A stretch of DNA of 64,000 nt from Terriglobales bacterium. Its GTDB lineage: Bacteria; Acidobacteriota; Terriglobia; Terriglobales; Acidobacteriaceae. Location: NCBI GenBank assembly GCA_036265205.1, contig DATAPL010000054.1, forward strand, positions 1,223 through 65,222, read 5' to 3'. Positions 19,021-28,615 of this stretch are shown here, in pieces. Below the pieces are notes generated by a model that saw nothing but the letters and a program-made list of their open reading frames with translations, was not told the DNA's origin and did not search any database. The translations under genes were made by a program, and so were the position numbers. Every line of letters begins with the position of its first letter. The first letter of the stretch is position 1.

Positions 19021-20244
19021 TTAGACGGAAGCTACTTCCATCACCTTCTCGACCGCGGCACAAGTATCGGCCATATCGGCCTCGGAGAGTGTGGGATGGA
19101 TCATGAACATCAGACTGGTTTCGCCCAGTTCCTTGGCGTTCTGGAGACGGGCCTGGGGACGCATATTTTCAAAGGCCTTTTCCAGATAGATTTCACTGCA
19201 GCTGCCGGCAAAACAGGGAATGCCCTCGGCGTTGATGGCCTGCAGTACCCTGGCCTGGTCCCACCCCTGGCGCAGCCGTTCGGGGCGCAGGAAAACATAA
19301 TATTTGTAGCAGGAGTGTCCGATCTCGCGGGGATGAGCCGTAACCCGCAGGGCGGAAATCTGTGAGAAGTGCCGGCTCAGCGTTGCCGCAAAACGGCGGC
19401 GTTTTTCGACCATCTCGGGGACTTTACGCAGCAGGGTGCGGCCAACTGCAGACTGCACCTCGGTCATGCGCCAGTTGGTGCCAATGCTGTCATGCACCCA
19501 GCGAAAAGTGGGGGAGGGCTGGGCGGCGGCCATGGCGGCATAGTTTTTGCCGTGGTCCTTAAAGCTCCAGGCCAGTTGCCACAGAGCGGTCTGGTTGGTG
19601 GTCAGCATTCCACCTTCGCCGCAGGTGGTCATGATTTTGTCCTGGCAGAAGGAGAACGCTGCAACATCGCCGAAGGAGCCTACCGGCAGCTTTTTGTAAG
19701 TCGCTCCCTGCGCCTGGGCGCAATCTTCGATAACTTTTAGGCCGTGCTGGCGGGCCAGCGCCAAAATTGGGTCCATGTCGCAAGGCCAGCCTGCCAGGTG
19801 GACCACGATCATAGCTTTGGTGCGAGGGGAGAGGGCTCGAGCAATGCTTTCGGCGGTGATGTTCTGGCTGTCGCGGTCCACGTCGGCAAAAACCGGAGTG
19901 GCTCCGCGCATGGCCACGCAACTGGCGGAGGCCATGAAGCTGCGGCTGGGAACGATGACTTCATCGCCCGACTGAATGCCGAGCGCATAGAGCGCCAGCT
20001 CCAATGCCAGACTTCCATTGGCCAAGGCGACCGCGTGCTTGCAGCCCGCGGTAGCGGCGAATTCGTTCTCGAACAGCCGGCCTTCCTGGCCCGTCCAGTA
20101 ATTGACTTTACCGGATTGTAACACTGCGGTTGCGGCGTCAATTTCAGCTTGGCCAAATGACGGCCAGGGGGCAAAGCGGGCGGTGCGGACCGGAGATCCG
20201 CCTGCCACTGCCAGCTTGGTCCCAATCACGTTGCCCACACTCAT
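19021..20244 (-). CDS. DegT/DnrJ/EryC1/StrS-family PLP-dependent sugar aminotransferase (PglE-like)
   Basis: ...FENEFAATAGCKHAVALANGSLALELALYALGIQSGDEVIVPSRSF... is the family signature. 407 aa. Adjacent to a PglF-like dehydratase. Confidence 0.85.
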   Translation of the reverse strand: MSVGNVIGTKLAVAGGSPVRTARFAPWPSFGQAEIDAATAVLQSGKVNYWTGQEGRLFENEFAATAGCKHAVALANGSLALELALYALGIQSGDEVIVPSRSFMASASCVAMRGATPVFADVDRDSQNITAESIARALSPRTKAMIVVHLAGWPCDMDPILALARQHGLKVIEDCAQAQGATYKKLPVGSFGDVAAFSFCQDKIMTTCGEGGMLTTNQTALWQLAWSFKDHGKNYAAMAAAQPSPTFRWVHDSIGTNWRMTEVQSAVGRTLLRKVPEMVEKRRRFAATLSRHFSQISALRVTAHPREIGHSCYKYYVFLRPERLRQGWDQARVLQAINAEGIPCFAGSCSEIYLEKAFENMRPQARLQNAKELGETSLMFMIHPTLSEADMADTCAAVEKVMEVASV

Positions 20245-20300
20245 TGCTTACTCCCCTTTGCTTCTTTTGTTCGGCTCGGTATGACCTGGTTCAGAGACAT

Positions 20301-22280
20301 TCAGGCCGCGCCTTCGGCCGGGGCGGACAGATGCTTGCGCTCCCAGCTGTAGGCCAGAGCCAGATCGTGGCGGTCGACTTCCGCCAGCGAAACCAATTCT
20401 TCGCTAGGGCTGTATTCGGGGACGATGGACACCAGCTTCGAAATCAAGCCGTGGACATTGCGATCCTCAACCAGCATGGAAAGATGTTCCAGCCACTTGC
20501 GGACGTCCTCGAATTCGACCTTGCTGCCTTCCAACATCCAGATCTTGTCGTGGGTGGTGGGCTTGATGCCTTCGGCGTCCAGGCGAAGTTCCTCGAAAAG
20601 TTTTTCGCCGGGCCGCAATCCCGTGAACACGATTTTTATGTCGCGTTCGGGCTCGTATCCGGAGAGCCGGATCATGCGGCGCGCCAGGTCGACGACTTTG
20701 ACCGGCTCGCCCATATCCAGCACGAAAATTTCTCCGCCCTTGCCCATGCTGGAGGCTTGCAGCACCAGTTGCACCGCCTCGGAGGTAGTCATGAAATAGC
20801 GGGTAATGTCGCGATGAGTCACGGTGACCGGACCGCCTTTGCGAATCTGATCTTCGAAGATGGGCAAGACGCTTCCGTTGCTGCCGAGGACGTTGCCGAA
20901 GCGGACTGCCATGAAACGCGTCCGGCTCTGCTGATGAAGTCCCAGGATGATCATCTCCGCCACCCGCTTGGTGACGCCCATCATGTTGGTCGGGTTGACC
21001 GCCTTGTCGGAGGAGATCATGACAAAGTTGTCGGCGTTGAACTGCTTGGCCACCAGAGCCACGTTGTAGGTGCCGAAGATGTTATTGGTGATGGCCTGGA
21101 AACAGTTTCGCTCCATCATGGGCACGTGTTTGTAAGCTGCGGCGTGAAAGACCGAATTGGGCCGGTGCAGGGCAAATACGTCCTTGAGCAGTTTGACGTC
21201 GAGAACATCGCCCACCACCGGGGCAAAGTCGAGGTCGGGAGCAAGCGCAGAAAGCTCTCGAGCAATTTTGAACAGGTCGTTCTCCGAGCGCTCCAGCAGG
21301 ACCAGCTTGCGCGGATTGAACGTGGCCACCTGCCGCACCAGCTCGGAACCGATGGAGCCGCCGGCTCCGGTCACCAGCAGCACCCGGTCTTCAATGCGGG
21401 TGCGGATGCGATCGAGGTCGGGACGGACCACTTGCCGGCTGAGCAGGTCTTCGATGCGAAGCTTGCGCGCCTGCGTCACCGAGGCTTGCCGGTTAAAGAG
21501 CTCGCTGATGGAAGGCAGGATCTTAAAACTCACTTTGCACTCGCGGCACTTGTCCACGATGCGTTCGATGTCTGAGCCCTTGGCCGAGGGGATCGCGATC
21601 AGTACACACTCCACCGCGTGACGAGTGATCAGAGCGGGCAGGGCGTCAGTGTTGCCGAGGACCTTCACTCCATTGATCTTGAGCCCCAGCTTGTAAGGTT
21701 CGTCATCCACGAAGCCGACCGGGCAGTATTCCAGGGCTGAGTTGAGCTTCAATTCGCGCACCACGGAAGCACCGGCGTTGCCCGCTCCCACTACCAGGGT
21801 TTTCTTCTGCCATTCGTACTTGTGAGCCCGTTCGGTATAGGCGCGCACCACGAACCGGGTGCCTCCCACCAGCATGATGTTCAAGACCATGTCGATAGGA
21901 ATGACCGAGCGCGGGTATCCCTGGAAGTGAAACATCAGTTCGATGAGCAGGAAAATCACGGTAGAGCTCACGAACGAGGCGATGCCGATGTTGGCGATGT
22001 CGCTCATGCCGACATAGCGCCACCAGCCATGCAGCAGCCCGAAGCGGTAAAACGCCAGTAGCTTCACCACCAGGATCAGGGGCAGCGTTTCCCAGAACAG
22101 GGCGCGCTGTACCGGGGTCAGGGCGGCATCCAGCCGGAGCAGGAAGCTGGCATAGTAACTGACCACAATGAGCACGATCTGCGAAGCCAGAATCAGCACC
22201 TTACGGTACTTGATGAAACTCTGGGCGCTTGGCGTCTCGGTAAATCTCTTCAATTGAACACTTGTAGCTGACATATGCAT
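20301..22280 (-). CDS. Membrane-anchored UDP-sugar 4,6-dehydratase (CapD/WbpM/PglF family)
   Basis: 659 aa. Four N-terminal TM segments, two Rossmann motifs (LVVGAGNAGASV; VTGAGGSIGSEL), and YKHVPMMERN and VRFGNVLGSNGSV boxes typical of Polysacc_synt_2. Confidence 0.88.
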   Translation of the reverse strand: MHMSATSVQLKRFTETPSAQSFIKYRKVLILASQIVLIVVSYYASFLLRLDAALTPVQRALFWETLPLILVVKLLAFYRFGLLHGWWRYVGMSDIANIGIASFVSSTVIFLLIELMFHFQGYPRSVIPIDMVLNIMLVGGTRFVVRAYTERAHKYEWQKKTLVVGAGNAGASVVRELKLNSALEYCPVGFVDDEPYKLGLKINGVKVLGNTDALPALITRHAVECVLIAIPSAKGSDIERIVDKCRECKVSFKILPSISELFNRQASVTQARKLRIEDLLSRQVVRPDLDRIRTRIEDRVLLVTGAGGSIGSELVRQVATFNPRKLVLLERSENDLFKIARELSALAPDLDFAPVVGDVLDVKLLKDVFALHRPNSVFHAAAYKHVPMMERNCFQAITNNIFGTYNVALVAKQFNADNFVMISSDKAVNPTNMMGVTKRVAEMIILGLHQQSRTRFMAVRFGNVLGSNGSVLPIFEDQIRKGGPVTVTHRDITRYFMTTSEAVQLVLQASSMGKGGEIFVLDMGEPVKVVDLARRMIRLSGYEPERDIKIVFTGLRPGEKLFEELRLDAEGIKPTTHDKIWMLEGSKVEFEDVRKWLEHLSMLVEDRNVHGLISKLVSIVPEYSPSEELVSLAEVDRHDLALAYSWERKHLSAPAEGAA

Positions 22281-22428
22281 TCGCCTTACTTGGGCACAGC
22301 GTCGTTGGAAACGCGGCCGGCTTGGAATGTAACGCTATTCGAGTTCACAAAAGAGTTGAAGCCGTTTGCCAAAGTCGGACGTGACTCAGGTAAGGGGGGC
22401 ACGGCCCAGCGGAAATCAGAAATGTTAC

Positions 22429-23859
22429 TCAAAACCCGTGAACACTGCGCACGACTCGCAACTGGTTGCGCGCCGCTTGCTCGGGAACAACCCGCGAGGA
22501 AGCGCTGGCCAGCGAGCCTTGAGCAGCAGTTACAGCGGCCGACATGAGCATCCACGGCAGCCAGAAGGCCTTCGACCACAAATTGTTTCCGAAGAGCCCG
22601 AAGACCAGCAAGGCCCAACAAGCGGCTTCGCTGGCAGTCAGCAAGTTAAACAAACTGGCCTGGTCTTTCAAATGTCTTGCAGCCCGGAACTGCGACCGCA
22701 GGCTGAAGGCAAACAATGCGATACCGATAACCCCGGTTTCCACCGCCACCGCCAGATAGATGTTGTGCGGATCGCGGTAGGCTCCGCGATAGTGCGGGGC
22801 TTCTCCCATGTAATTGGTGTAGGCAAAGGGGAAGTTGCTGAGCCCGGCGCCCACTAATCCGTAATGCTGGAAGGCTTTCAGTCCGACGGTCCAGATATCG
22901 GTACGGCCCGAACCGCCATCCCCGCGGGCATCCTGAAAGCGGGTAAAAAATACGGAAGGCATTAAGGTCAGGCAAATGGCCAGGATGATCGCCGGCCCGA
23001 TAATGCGCTTCCCCAGCCGCAGCCGGATGACATAAACCACCAGTAAAGCCAGCAGCGCCAGAGCGGCGCCGCGGGACATGGTCAGCAGCAAGCCCAGAGA
23101 GCTGAGTCCCATGGCTACGAGCATGCTGATTTTCACCATCCGCTTTTTGCTGATCAGAAAGCAGCCAAAGGCCAGCGAGATCGGCAACAGCAGGGTCATG
23201 CCCAGGCCATCGGGATTGGTGTGGGTATGCCCCACGATCAGGGAAGCCCGGGTCTCAGGTCCGGCTTCGTAGAAGCTGCCCTGCATGAAAAGGTAAACCG
23301 TCCAGACCGCGGCGATGGAGCCACCCAGAATGGAAAAAAAGATGATGGCTTTGAGTTCCTTCTCGTTATAGCGAAAACAACTCGATACCAGATACAGGCC
23401 GAGCAGAGCCACGATCGTAGGTATCATTTCAAAAGAAGCGTCAAAATTCAGCGCCCAAGCCGAGGTTCCCAAAGACCACAAGGTAAATAGTGTCCACCAC
23501 ATGGCGCCCGAGGGCAGCGATCGAAGCCGCCGTGTGGCCAAACCAACTGCGATCAGCACAGCCGCAGTGCCTGCGCCGGCCAGAGCCGTGACCGTGGTTC
23601 CCTTTTCGCCTTGCCCCATGGGGATGGCGTCAAAAGGAAGCAGCAGCACAAACAACCCAAACGCGACCTGCACCGGATAAAGAATGAGCAGGGGAATGAG
23701 TACGGCGGCGATGCCGAAAACCCACAGCCCTTGTCCAATGCCGATGCCCAGTACCACCGCGGCCAGAGCAACCACCACGGGAATTACATAGGGGGCCGCG
23801 GGCAATTGGGAAAATGCCCCGGCGAGACCGAGCGCGTTCGATCTGTTCTTTAAGTTCAA
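22429..23859 (-). CDS. O-antigen polymerase/ligase family membrane protein (Wzy_C domain)
   Basis: 476 aa and polytopic. LLLTMSRGAALALLALLVVY block followed by a large loop. A possible TTG start overlaps the upstream stop (TTGA). Confidence 0.75.
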   Translation of the reverse strand: MNLKNRSNALGLAGAFSQLPAAPYVIPVVVALAAVVLGIGIGQGLWVFGIAAVLIPLLILYPVQVAFGLFVLLLPFDAIPMGQGEKGTTVTALAGAGTAAVLIAVGLATRRLRSLPSGAMWWTLFTLWSLGTSAWALNFDASFEMIPTIVALLGLYLVSSCFRYNEKELKAIIFFSILGGSIAAVWTVYLFMQGSFYEAGPETRASLIVGHTHTNPDGLGMTLLLPISLAFGCFLISKKRMVKISMLVAMGLSSLGLLLTMSRGAALALLALLVVYVIRLRLGKRIIGPAIILAICLTLMPSVFFTRFQDARGDGGSGRTDIWTVGLKAFQHYGLVGAGLSNFPFAYTNYMGEAPHYRGAYRDPHNIYLAVAVETGVIGIALFAFSLRSQFRAARHLKDQASLFNLLTASEAACWALLVFGLFGNNLWSKAFWLPWMLMSAAVTAAQGSLASASSRVVPEQAARNQLRVVRSVHGF

Positions 23860-25211
23860 AACTTGTGACTCTCGTTAGGCTGGGCCAGATTAGATTGAAT
23901 CAGGTTAAGCGAGCGGCCATTTCCGCCGTCAGCCGCTGGAATGCTGCGCGAAACGTCGACGGCCCGCGGTTCGGTTCGCGGCGTAACTCCGGAAGACAGA
24001 CAGATCCGCTGGTACAGGCTTACCAGAGTCTTAACCCGTGACAGCGGCGAGTACTGGGTGTGGACTACGTGGCGCGCCCGGTTGGCCATGTGCTGGGCCA
24101 GAACTTGATCGGACAAGACCTGCTCCATCGCCTGGGCCAGAGCCACCGGATTGCGCGGCGACACCAGAAATGCGCTTTCGCGATGAGTCACGATTTCAGG
24201 AATGCCGCCAACCGCGGTGCTCACCACCGGAACTCCTGCCGCCATAGCTTCGAGCAGCGCGTTCGGCGAACCCTCGCTGAGCGAGGAAATCGCCAGCAGA
24301 TCGGCGGCGCGATAGTAGGGGCGCACGTCGCGCACATGTCCCATGATAAAAACCTGTTCCTGCAGAGAGTGGCTGCGAACCGCCTCCTCCAGATGGGCGC
24401 GCTCGAGGCCGTCGCCCACAATCACCAGTCGCACCGGCAGGTCGGGCCGGGTCTGTTTGAGGTGACGCACTGCGGCGATCAGGTCGATAAATCCCTTCTC
24501 TTTGGAAAGACGTCCCACCGCCAGCAGCAGCTTCTCTGCCTGCGACGATTTCGCCGGAACTTCACTTAGAGCCGGATCCTGGCCTTGCGGTTGCTGCGAC
24601 AGCCAGCCGGAATCGATCGCGTTATGCAAGACCATGATGCGATGGCTGGGTACACCGTGCGAAGCAAGCTGCCGTGAGAACGCCTGGCTGACCGTAACCA
24701 CCTGGGTAGGCGTCCGCAGCGACCAGCGGTCGAGTTGCGCCAGCAGATCACGCTTCAGGGTGGAACGGGTGTAGCCGTGGTGGAAAGCCACCCAGGCCCG
24801 GCCAGTGTGGGCTCCGCAGGCCCGCACCAGGAAATGCGACTTGAACATGTGGGTCTGGAGAATGTCCGGAGCCACCTGGTCGACTACCTGCTTCAAAGTG
24901 CCCATAACGCGCCGGTCGAACGCAAACCGTTCGGCGATGCGATGCACCGGAATTCCATCCTGCGTCGCCTGCTCAATCAGGTCATTGGAAGCAGGAAGCG
25001 CTCCCGTAGCCGGGTTGGGACGCTCGAAAACTACCAGCGAGGTTTCGACGATTGGCCCATCTTCAAGAGCTCTTGAAATCCGGCAAAATTCGAACAGGTT
25101 TTTCGCCGGCCCGCTGACCGTGCTGCCTTCCATGATGGCGAGCAGGCGGATCCGTTGCCGTGACGATGACGCCGTCATCGAGGACCGCCCGGTAGCGCGC
25201 TGATTTCCCAT
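23856..25211 (-). CDS. Glycosyltransferase family 4
   Basis: 451 aa. ...ISSLSEGSPNALLEAMAAGVPVVSTAVGGIPEIV... is the GT4 C-domain signature. Confidence 0.85.
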   Translation of the reverse strand: MGNQRATGRSSMTASSSRQRIRLLAIMEGSTVSGPAKNLFEFCRISRALEDGPIVETSLVVFERPNPATGALPASNDLIEQATQDGIPVHRIAERFAFDRRVMGTLKQVVDQVAPDILQTHMFKSHFLVRACGAHTGRAWVAFHHGYTRSTLKRDLLAQLDRWSLRTPTQVVTVSQAFSRQLASHGVPSHRIMVLHNAIDSGWLSQQPQGQDPALSEVPAKSSQAEKLLLAVGRLSKEKGFIDLIAAVRHLKQTRPDLPVRLVIVGDGLERAHLEEAVRSHSLQEQVFIMGHVRDVRPYYRAADLLAISSLSEGSPNALLEAMAAGVPVVSTAVGGIPEIVTHRESAFLVSPRNPVALAQAMEQVLSDQVLAQHMANRARHVVHTQYSPLSRVKTLVSLYQRICLSSGVTPRTEPRAVDVSRSIPAADGGNGRSLNLIQSNLAQPNESHKF

Positions 25212-25233
25212 GCGAGATTGAATTTCGTGACGA

Positions 25234-26595
25234 TCAGGTAGTGGCTCCGCAGAATGCCGGAACGTCCGAACGGATAAAGCGGTGCTTACCTACCCGGGAA
25301 AGCGGAATCGCTTCCGTGGTTCGCACTTCCACGTTGATCTCTGAACTCGGTTCCAGCGCTTTCACCTTCTCCACCGCCTCCCGTATGGAGCGGTTGCGCG
25401 CGCTCGACTCTCCCGGGCCGGGCACGATCCAGAGCACGATCGAGCCAGGAGCGGTTTGATGAAACTGGAAGGAGGCGATGCCTTCGCTTCCATACATCAA
25501 GTGGGTAAAGAACTCGCCGTGCACCACCCGTCCGGCGGGCAGGACAAAATTGTCGCTGGTGCGCGCGATGTTCAGGTCCATGAGGGGAAAGTTGCTGCCG
25601 CAGTCGCAACTTCCGGCCAGCAACTGGCCGCAGTCTTCGCTGCGGTAGCGGATAAAAGGCATGACCCGGTTGCGCAGCGAGGTGACGATAAAAGGATTGG
25701 CTTCGCCCGCTCCGGCGCCGCTTCGATCTACCTCCAGCACCACATAGTCCGCACTTACGTGCATGCGGCCGTGGGAACATTCGGCAGCGATGTTGCGCAC
25801 CTCCGAACTGCCGTAGCTGTCGTACACCCGGCAGCCGAAGACGCTGGAAATGATCTGGCGTTGCGGCAAGTACAACTTCTCCGCGGTAGTGAACACTCCC
25901 TTGAGGCGGGAAAGCTTTTCACCGCGCGCCTGGACGTGCGCCGCAAAGCGCGCCACGGTGGAGGCATAGCCGATCATGACCGCGGGCTGGATGCGCTGCC
26001 ACTTTTTCAGCCAGCCATCCATTTCGGCGGGGCCGGAATAAAAAGGATCGAACTGGTAGCTGCGCTCTAGATACTGCCGCAACTCCCACTGCCAGGGCGG
26101 CATGGCATACACCCGGTCGTTTCCTCCCCACACCCAGGCGATGGTTTCTCCCGGCGTCCATCCGCATTGCAGCAGGTTGCGGAAGGTGCCCGCCTCAGAA
26201 GCGTCGTCGTAGGAGCGATCGTGGTGGAAGCTCAACGGCACTCCGGTCGAGCCTCCGCTGTGAGCCGTTCGCAGCTGATCTTTGGGGACGCTCTCGTTCA
26301 ACAGGTCCTGGCCGCGCTCGCGGATAATGTCCTTGGTCAAGATCGGGAGAGCGCTGAAGTCGCTCAGGTCCCGTATGTCCCGGCTCTGAATGCCCAGAGT
26401 GTTGAAGAGCTCGCGATAATACGGAATGTGGGTTTCGGCTTCGGCCAGCAAAGCCGAAAGCTGGGCAAACTGGTAATCCAGGATCTGTTCGCGCGACCAG
26501 GCCGCCCGGCCCCTGATTTCGCGCAGCCGCGCCAGACTCTGCGAACCACTCAAGGAGTGGTGAAGTCCCAGTAATAGTCGGCCTGACAAAGTCAT
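25234..26595 (-). CDS. CapK/PaaK-like adenylate-forming enzyme (phenylacetate-CoA ligase family)
   Basis: 453 aa. AMP-binding P-loop-like AHSGGSTGVPLSF. Overall layout resembles coenzyme F390 synthetase/CapK proteins of capsule loci. Confidence 0.75.
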   Translation of the reverse strand: MTLSGRLLLGLHHSLSGSQSLARLREIRGRAAWSREQILDYQFAQLSALLAEAETHIPYYRELFNTLGIQSRDIRDLSDFSALPILTKDIIRERGQDLLNESVPKDQLRTAHSGGSTGVPLSFHHDRSYDDASEAGTFRNLLQCGWTPGETIAWVWGGNDRVYAMPPWQWELRQYLERSYQFDPFYSGPAEMDGWLKKWQRIQPAVMIGYASTVARFAAHVQARGEKLSRLKGVFTTAEKLYLPQRQIISSVFGCRVYDSYGSSEVRNIAAECSHGRMHVSADYVVLEVDRSGAGAGEANPFIVTSLRNRVMPFIRYRSEDCGQLLAGSCDCGSNFPLMDLNIARTSDNFVLPAGRVVHGEFFTHLMYGSEGIASFQFHQTAPGSIVLWIVPGPGESSARNRSIREAVEKVKALEPSSEINVEVRTTEAIPLSRVGKHRFIRSDVPAFCGATT

Positions 26596-26684
26596 ATTTC
26601 GGTCCGGACTGAAATCATCTTCATGCTGAAACAGTGATCGGTATTCCCGGGTTATGCTTGGAACTCAATTCTTTAACCACTTCT

Positions 26685-27269
26685 TCATCCCCTGAATTCT
26701 TCCATGGTGGCATGGTTGGGATGGCTGATGCCCTCCTGCCGCAGGATCTTCCAGGCGGTGAGGGCGATGATTTTCAGGTCCAGCCAAAAACTCTGGTGAT
26801 CGACATACCAAACGTCCAAAGTGAATTTTTGCGGCCAGCTCAAAGCATTGCGGCCGTTGATCTGGACCCATCCGGTGAGGCCGGGTTTGACATCGGTGCG
26901 GCGGCGCTGTTCGGGAGAGTAACGCTCCCAGTACTGCAGCAACAGCGGCCGCGGTCCCACCAGGCTCATCTCGCCTTTGAGCACGTTGATCAGTTCCGGC
27001 AACTCGTCCAGGCTAGTGCGGCGCAGGAAACGTCCCAAAGCGGTGAGGCGGGCCTGGTCGGGCAACAGATTTCCTTCCGCGTCGCGGGCATCGTTCATGG
27101 TGCGAAATTTTATGACGGTGAAGGGTTTGCCATGCAGTCCCAGGCGCGGCTGCAGAAACAACGCCCGCCCCGAAGTCAGGCGGATGATGATCGTAATCAC
27201 GCCCAATGGCAGGGCCAGGATCAGCAGCGCCAGCAGCGCAACCACGAAATCGAATGCCCGCTTCAACAC
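26685..27269 (-). CDS. Undecaprenyl-phosphate sugar phosphotransferase (small monotopic PglC/WbaP-C type)
   Basis: LKRAFDFVVALLALLIL...KPFTVIKFRTM...DELPELINVLKGEMSLVGPRP is the Bac_transf signature. GTG start at 27269 with GGAG 8 nt upstream. The longer track ORF (to 27557) would overlap the upstream GT. Confidence 0.88.
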   Translation of the reverse strand: MLKRAFDFVVALLALLILALPLGVITIIIRLTSGRALFLQPRLGLHGKPFTVIKFRTMNDARDAEGNLLPDQARLTALGRFLRRTSLDELPELINVLKGEMSLVGPRPLLLQYWERYSPEQRRRTDVKPGLTGWVQINGRNALSWPQKFTLDVWYVDHQSFWLDLKIIALTAWKILRQEGISHPNHATMEEFRG

Positions 27270-27300
27270 GACGAGGTCTCCGCCATCGCCTGGTAAACCA

Positions 27301-28614
27301 TCACTGGGTCTGCACCATCGACGGCAAGACCTGCGACTGCTTGCTCGTCGCCGAACAGATGGCGCTGCGAAACTCCACCGCCTTGTGCTCCCAGCTGAAG
27401 CAAGTCTCGGCCAGGCGGCGAGCGTTGCCTGCCATGGCATGGGCTCGCTCCGGAGAAGATGCCAGCTCCCGTATGGCCTGGGCGCAAGCGGCCGGGTTGT
27501 CGGGCGGCGTGTAAATGCCCGCGTTAGCCTGTTCCAGGTGCTGCCGGGCTTCCCCATCGAAGTTCACCATCACCGGCAAGCCGCAGGCCAGGTAATCGAA
27601 GAACTTGTTGGGCAAAAAGATGTAGGTCAAAGGGCTTGGCCGGAAGGCGGCGATGCCCAGCTGCACGCTGCGCAGAAATCCCGGCACCTGGGTCTTCGGC
27701 ACCGCTTGCAGAAAATGCACCGCGCGCAATTCGCGTCTGTCGGCTTCAGCAACCAGCCAGGCTTTCTGCGGGCCTGCCCCCAGAATGATGAAATGGATAC
27801 GGGGAACGTCTTTCAGCTCTTCGGCGACATCCAGGAGGAACTCCACACAATTGGAAAAACCCAGCGACCCGGAGTGGATACAAACGAAGGCATCGGATGG
27901 AACCTCGGCCAGCGCAGCCAAATCGGCGCGGGCGCCACTGGGGGTGAATAGCTCGATGTCGCTGGCGTTGGTGATGACACTGACTTTTTCAGGGGCAATT
28001 CCCTTGCGCAACAGCTCCTGACGAATCCCCTCGGTCACCGCTAGAATTTTCTGCGCTTTGCGGTAGAGGAAGGCTTCTAGCCAATATCCTGCGCGGATCA
28101 GGAGTTTGTCGCGGACTACATCCCAGGCCACTACGCAGTCAGGCCACAGGTCGCGCAGCTCCAGCACAAACGGCACGCGCCGCAGACGGCTGAGCAGATA
28201 TCCCGGAATACCGATGGTCAGAGGCGTCGAAGTCGCCACCACAACTTCAGGCGCATCCGCGAAACAGCCCGCCAGCAGCCCCATGGGAATGAACCACAGG
28301 AAGCCGATAATCCGCGGCAGGATGCGGCGCGATCCCCCGAACGGGATATGCACCCGCACCACGTCGATGCCTTCCACTTTTTCGCGGCTCCAGAAACCCT
28401 TGCCTTGCGAAGTCTTCTTGCCTGAAAAGTAGCTGGCGTTGCCGGTAACGATGGTGACCGAATCGCCACGGCGCACCAGGCGACGGCCCAGTTCATAAGT
28501 ACGGGTTCCCCCGCCGGCGTCCTGGCTGGTGCCAAAGTACTGATGAAAAATCAAGACTTTCAACGCGCTGTCCTTTTTGCTTCCGGCTGATTTGCGGGGG
28601 AGGGCCTGCGACAA
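27301..28614 (-). CDS. Glycosyltransferase family 4 (WbuB-like)
   Basis: LKVLIFHQYFGTSQDAGGGTRTYELGRRLVRRGDSVTIVTG is typical of WbuB-type GT4. The start is uncertain: TTG at 28614, or TTG at 28563 preceded by AAGGA. Confidence 0.82.
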   Translation of the reverse strand: MSQALPRKSAGSKKDSALKVLIFHQYFGTSQDAGGGTRTYELGRRLVRRGDSVTIVTGNASYFSGKKTSQGKGFWSREKVEGIDVVRVHIPFGGSRRILPRIIGFLWFIPMGLLAGCFADAPEVVVATSTPLTIGIPGYLLSRLRRVPFVLELRDLWPDCVVAWDVVRDKLLIRAGYWLEAFLYRKAQKILAVTEGIRQELLRKGIAPEKVSVITNASDIELFTPSGARADLAALAEVPSDAFVCIHSGSLGFSNCVEFLLDVAEELKDVPRIHFIILGAGPQKAWLVAEADRRELRAVHFLQAVPKTQVPGFLRSVQLGIAAFRPSPLTYIFLPNKFFDYLACGLPVMVNFDGEARQHLEQANAGIYTPPDNPAACAQAIRELASSPERAHAMAGNARRLAETCFSWEHKAVEFRSAICSATSKQSQVLPSMVQTQ

Positions 28615-28615
28615 C

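Noticed and set aside
20130-21575. 481-aa plus-strand ORF, plus similar long ORFs such as 1085..1837, 5544..6338, 9569..10285, 17758..18594 and 26977..27951
   Set aside because: These are shadow ORFs antisense to strongly supported genes in GC-rich DNA. Their translations are Arg/Gly/Ala/His-rich, low in complexity and free of motifs.
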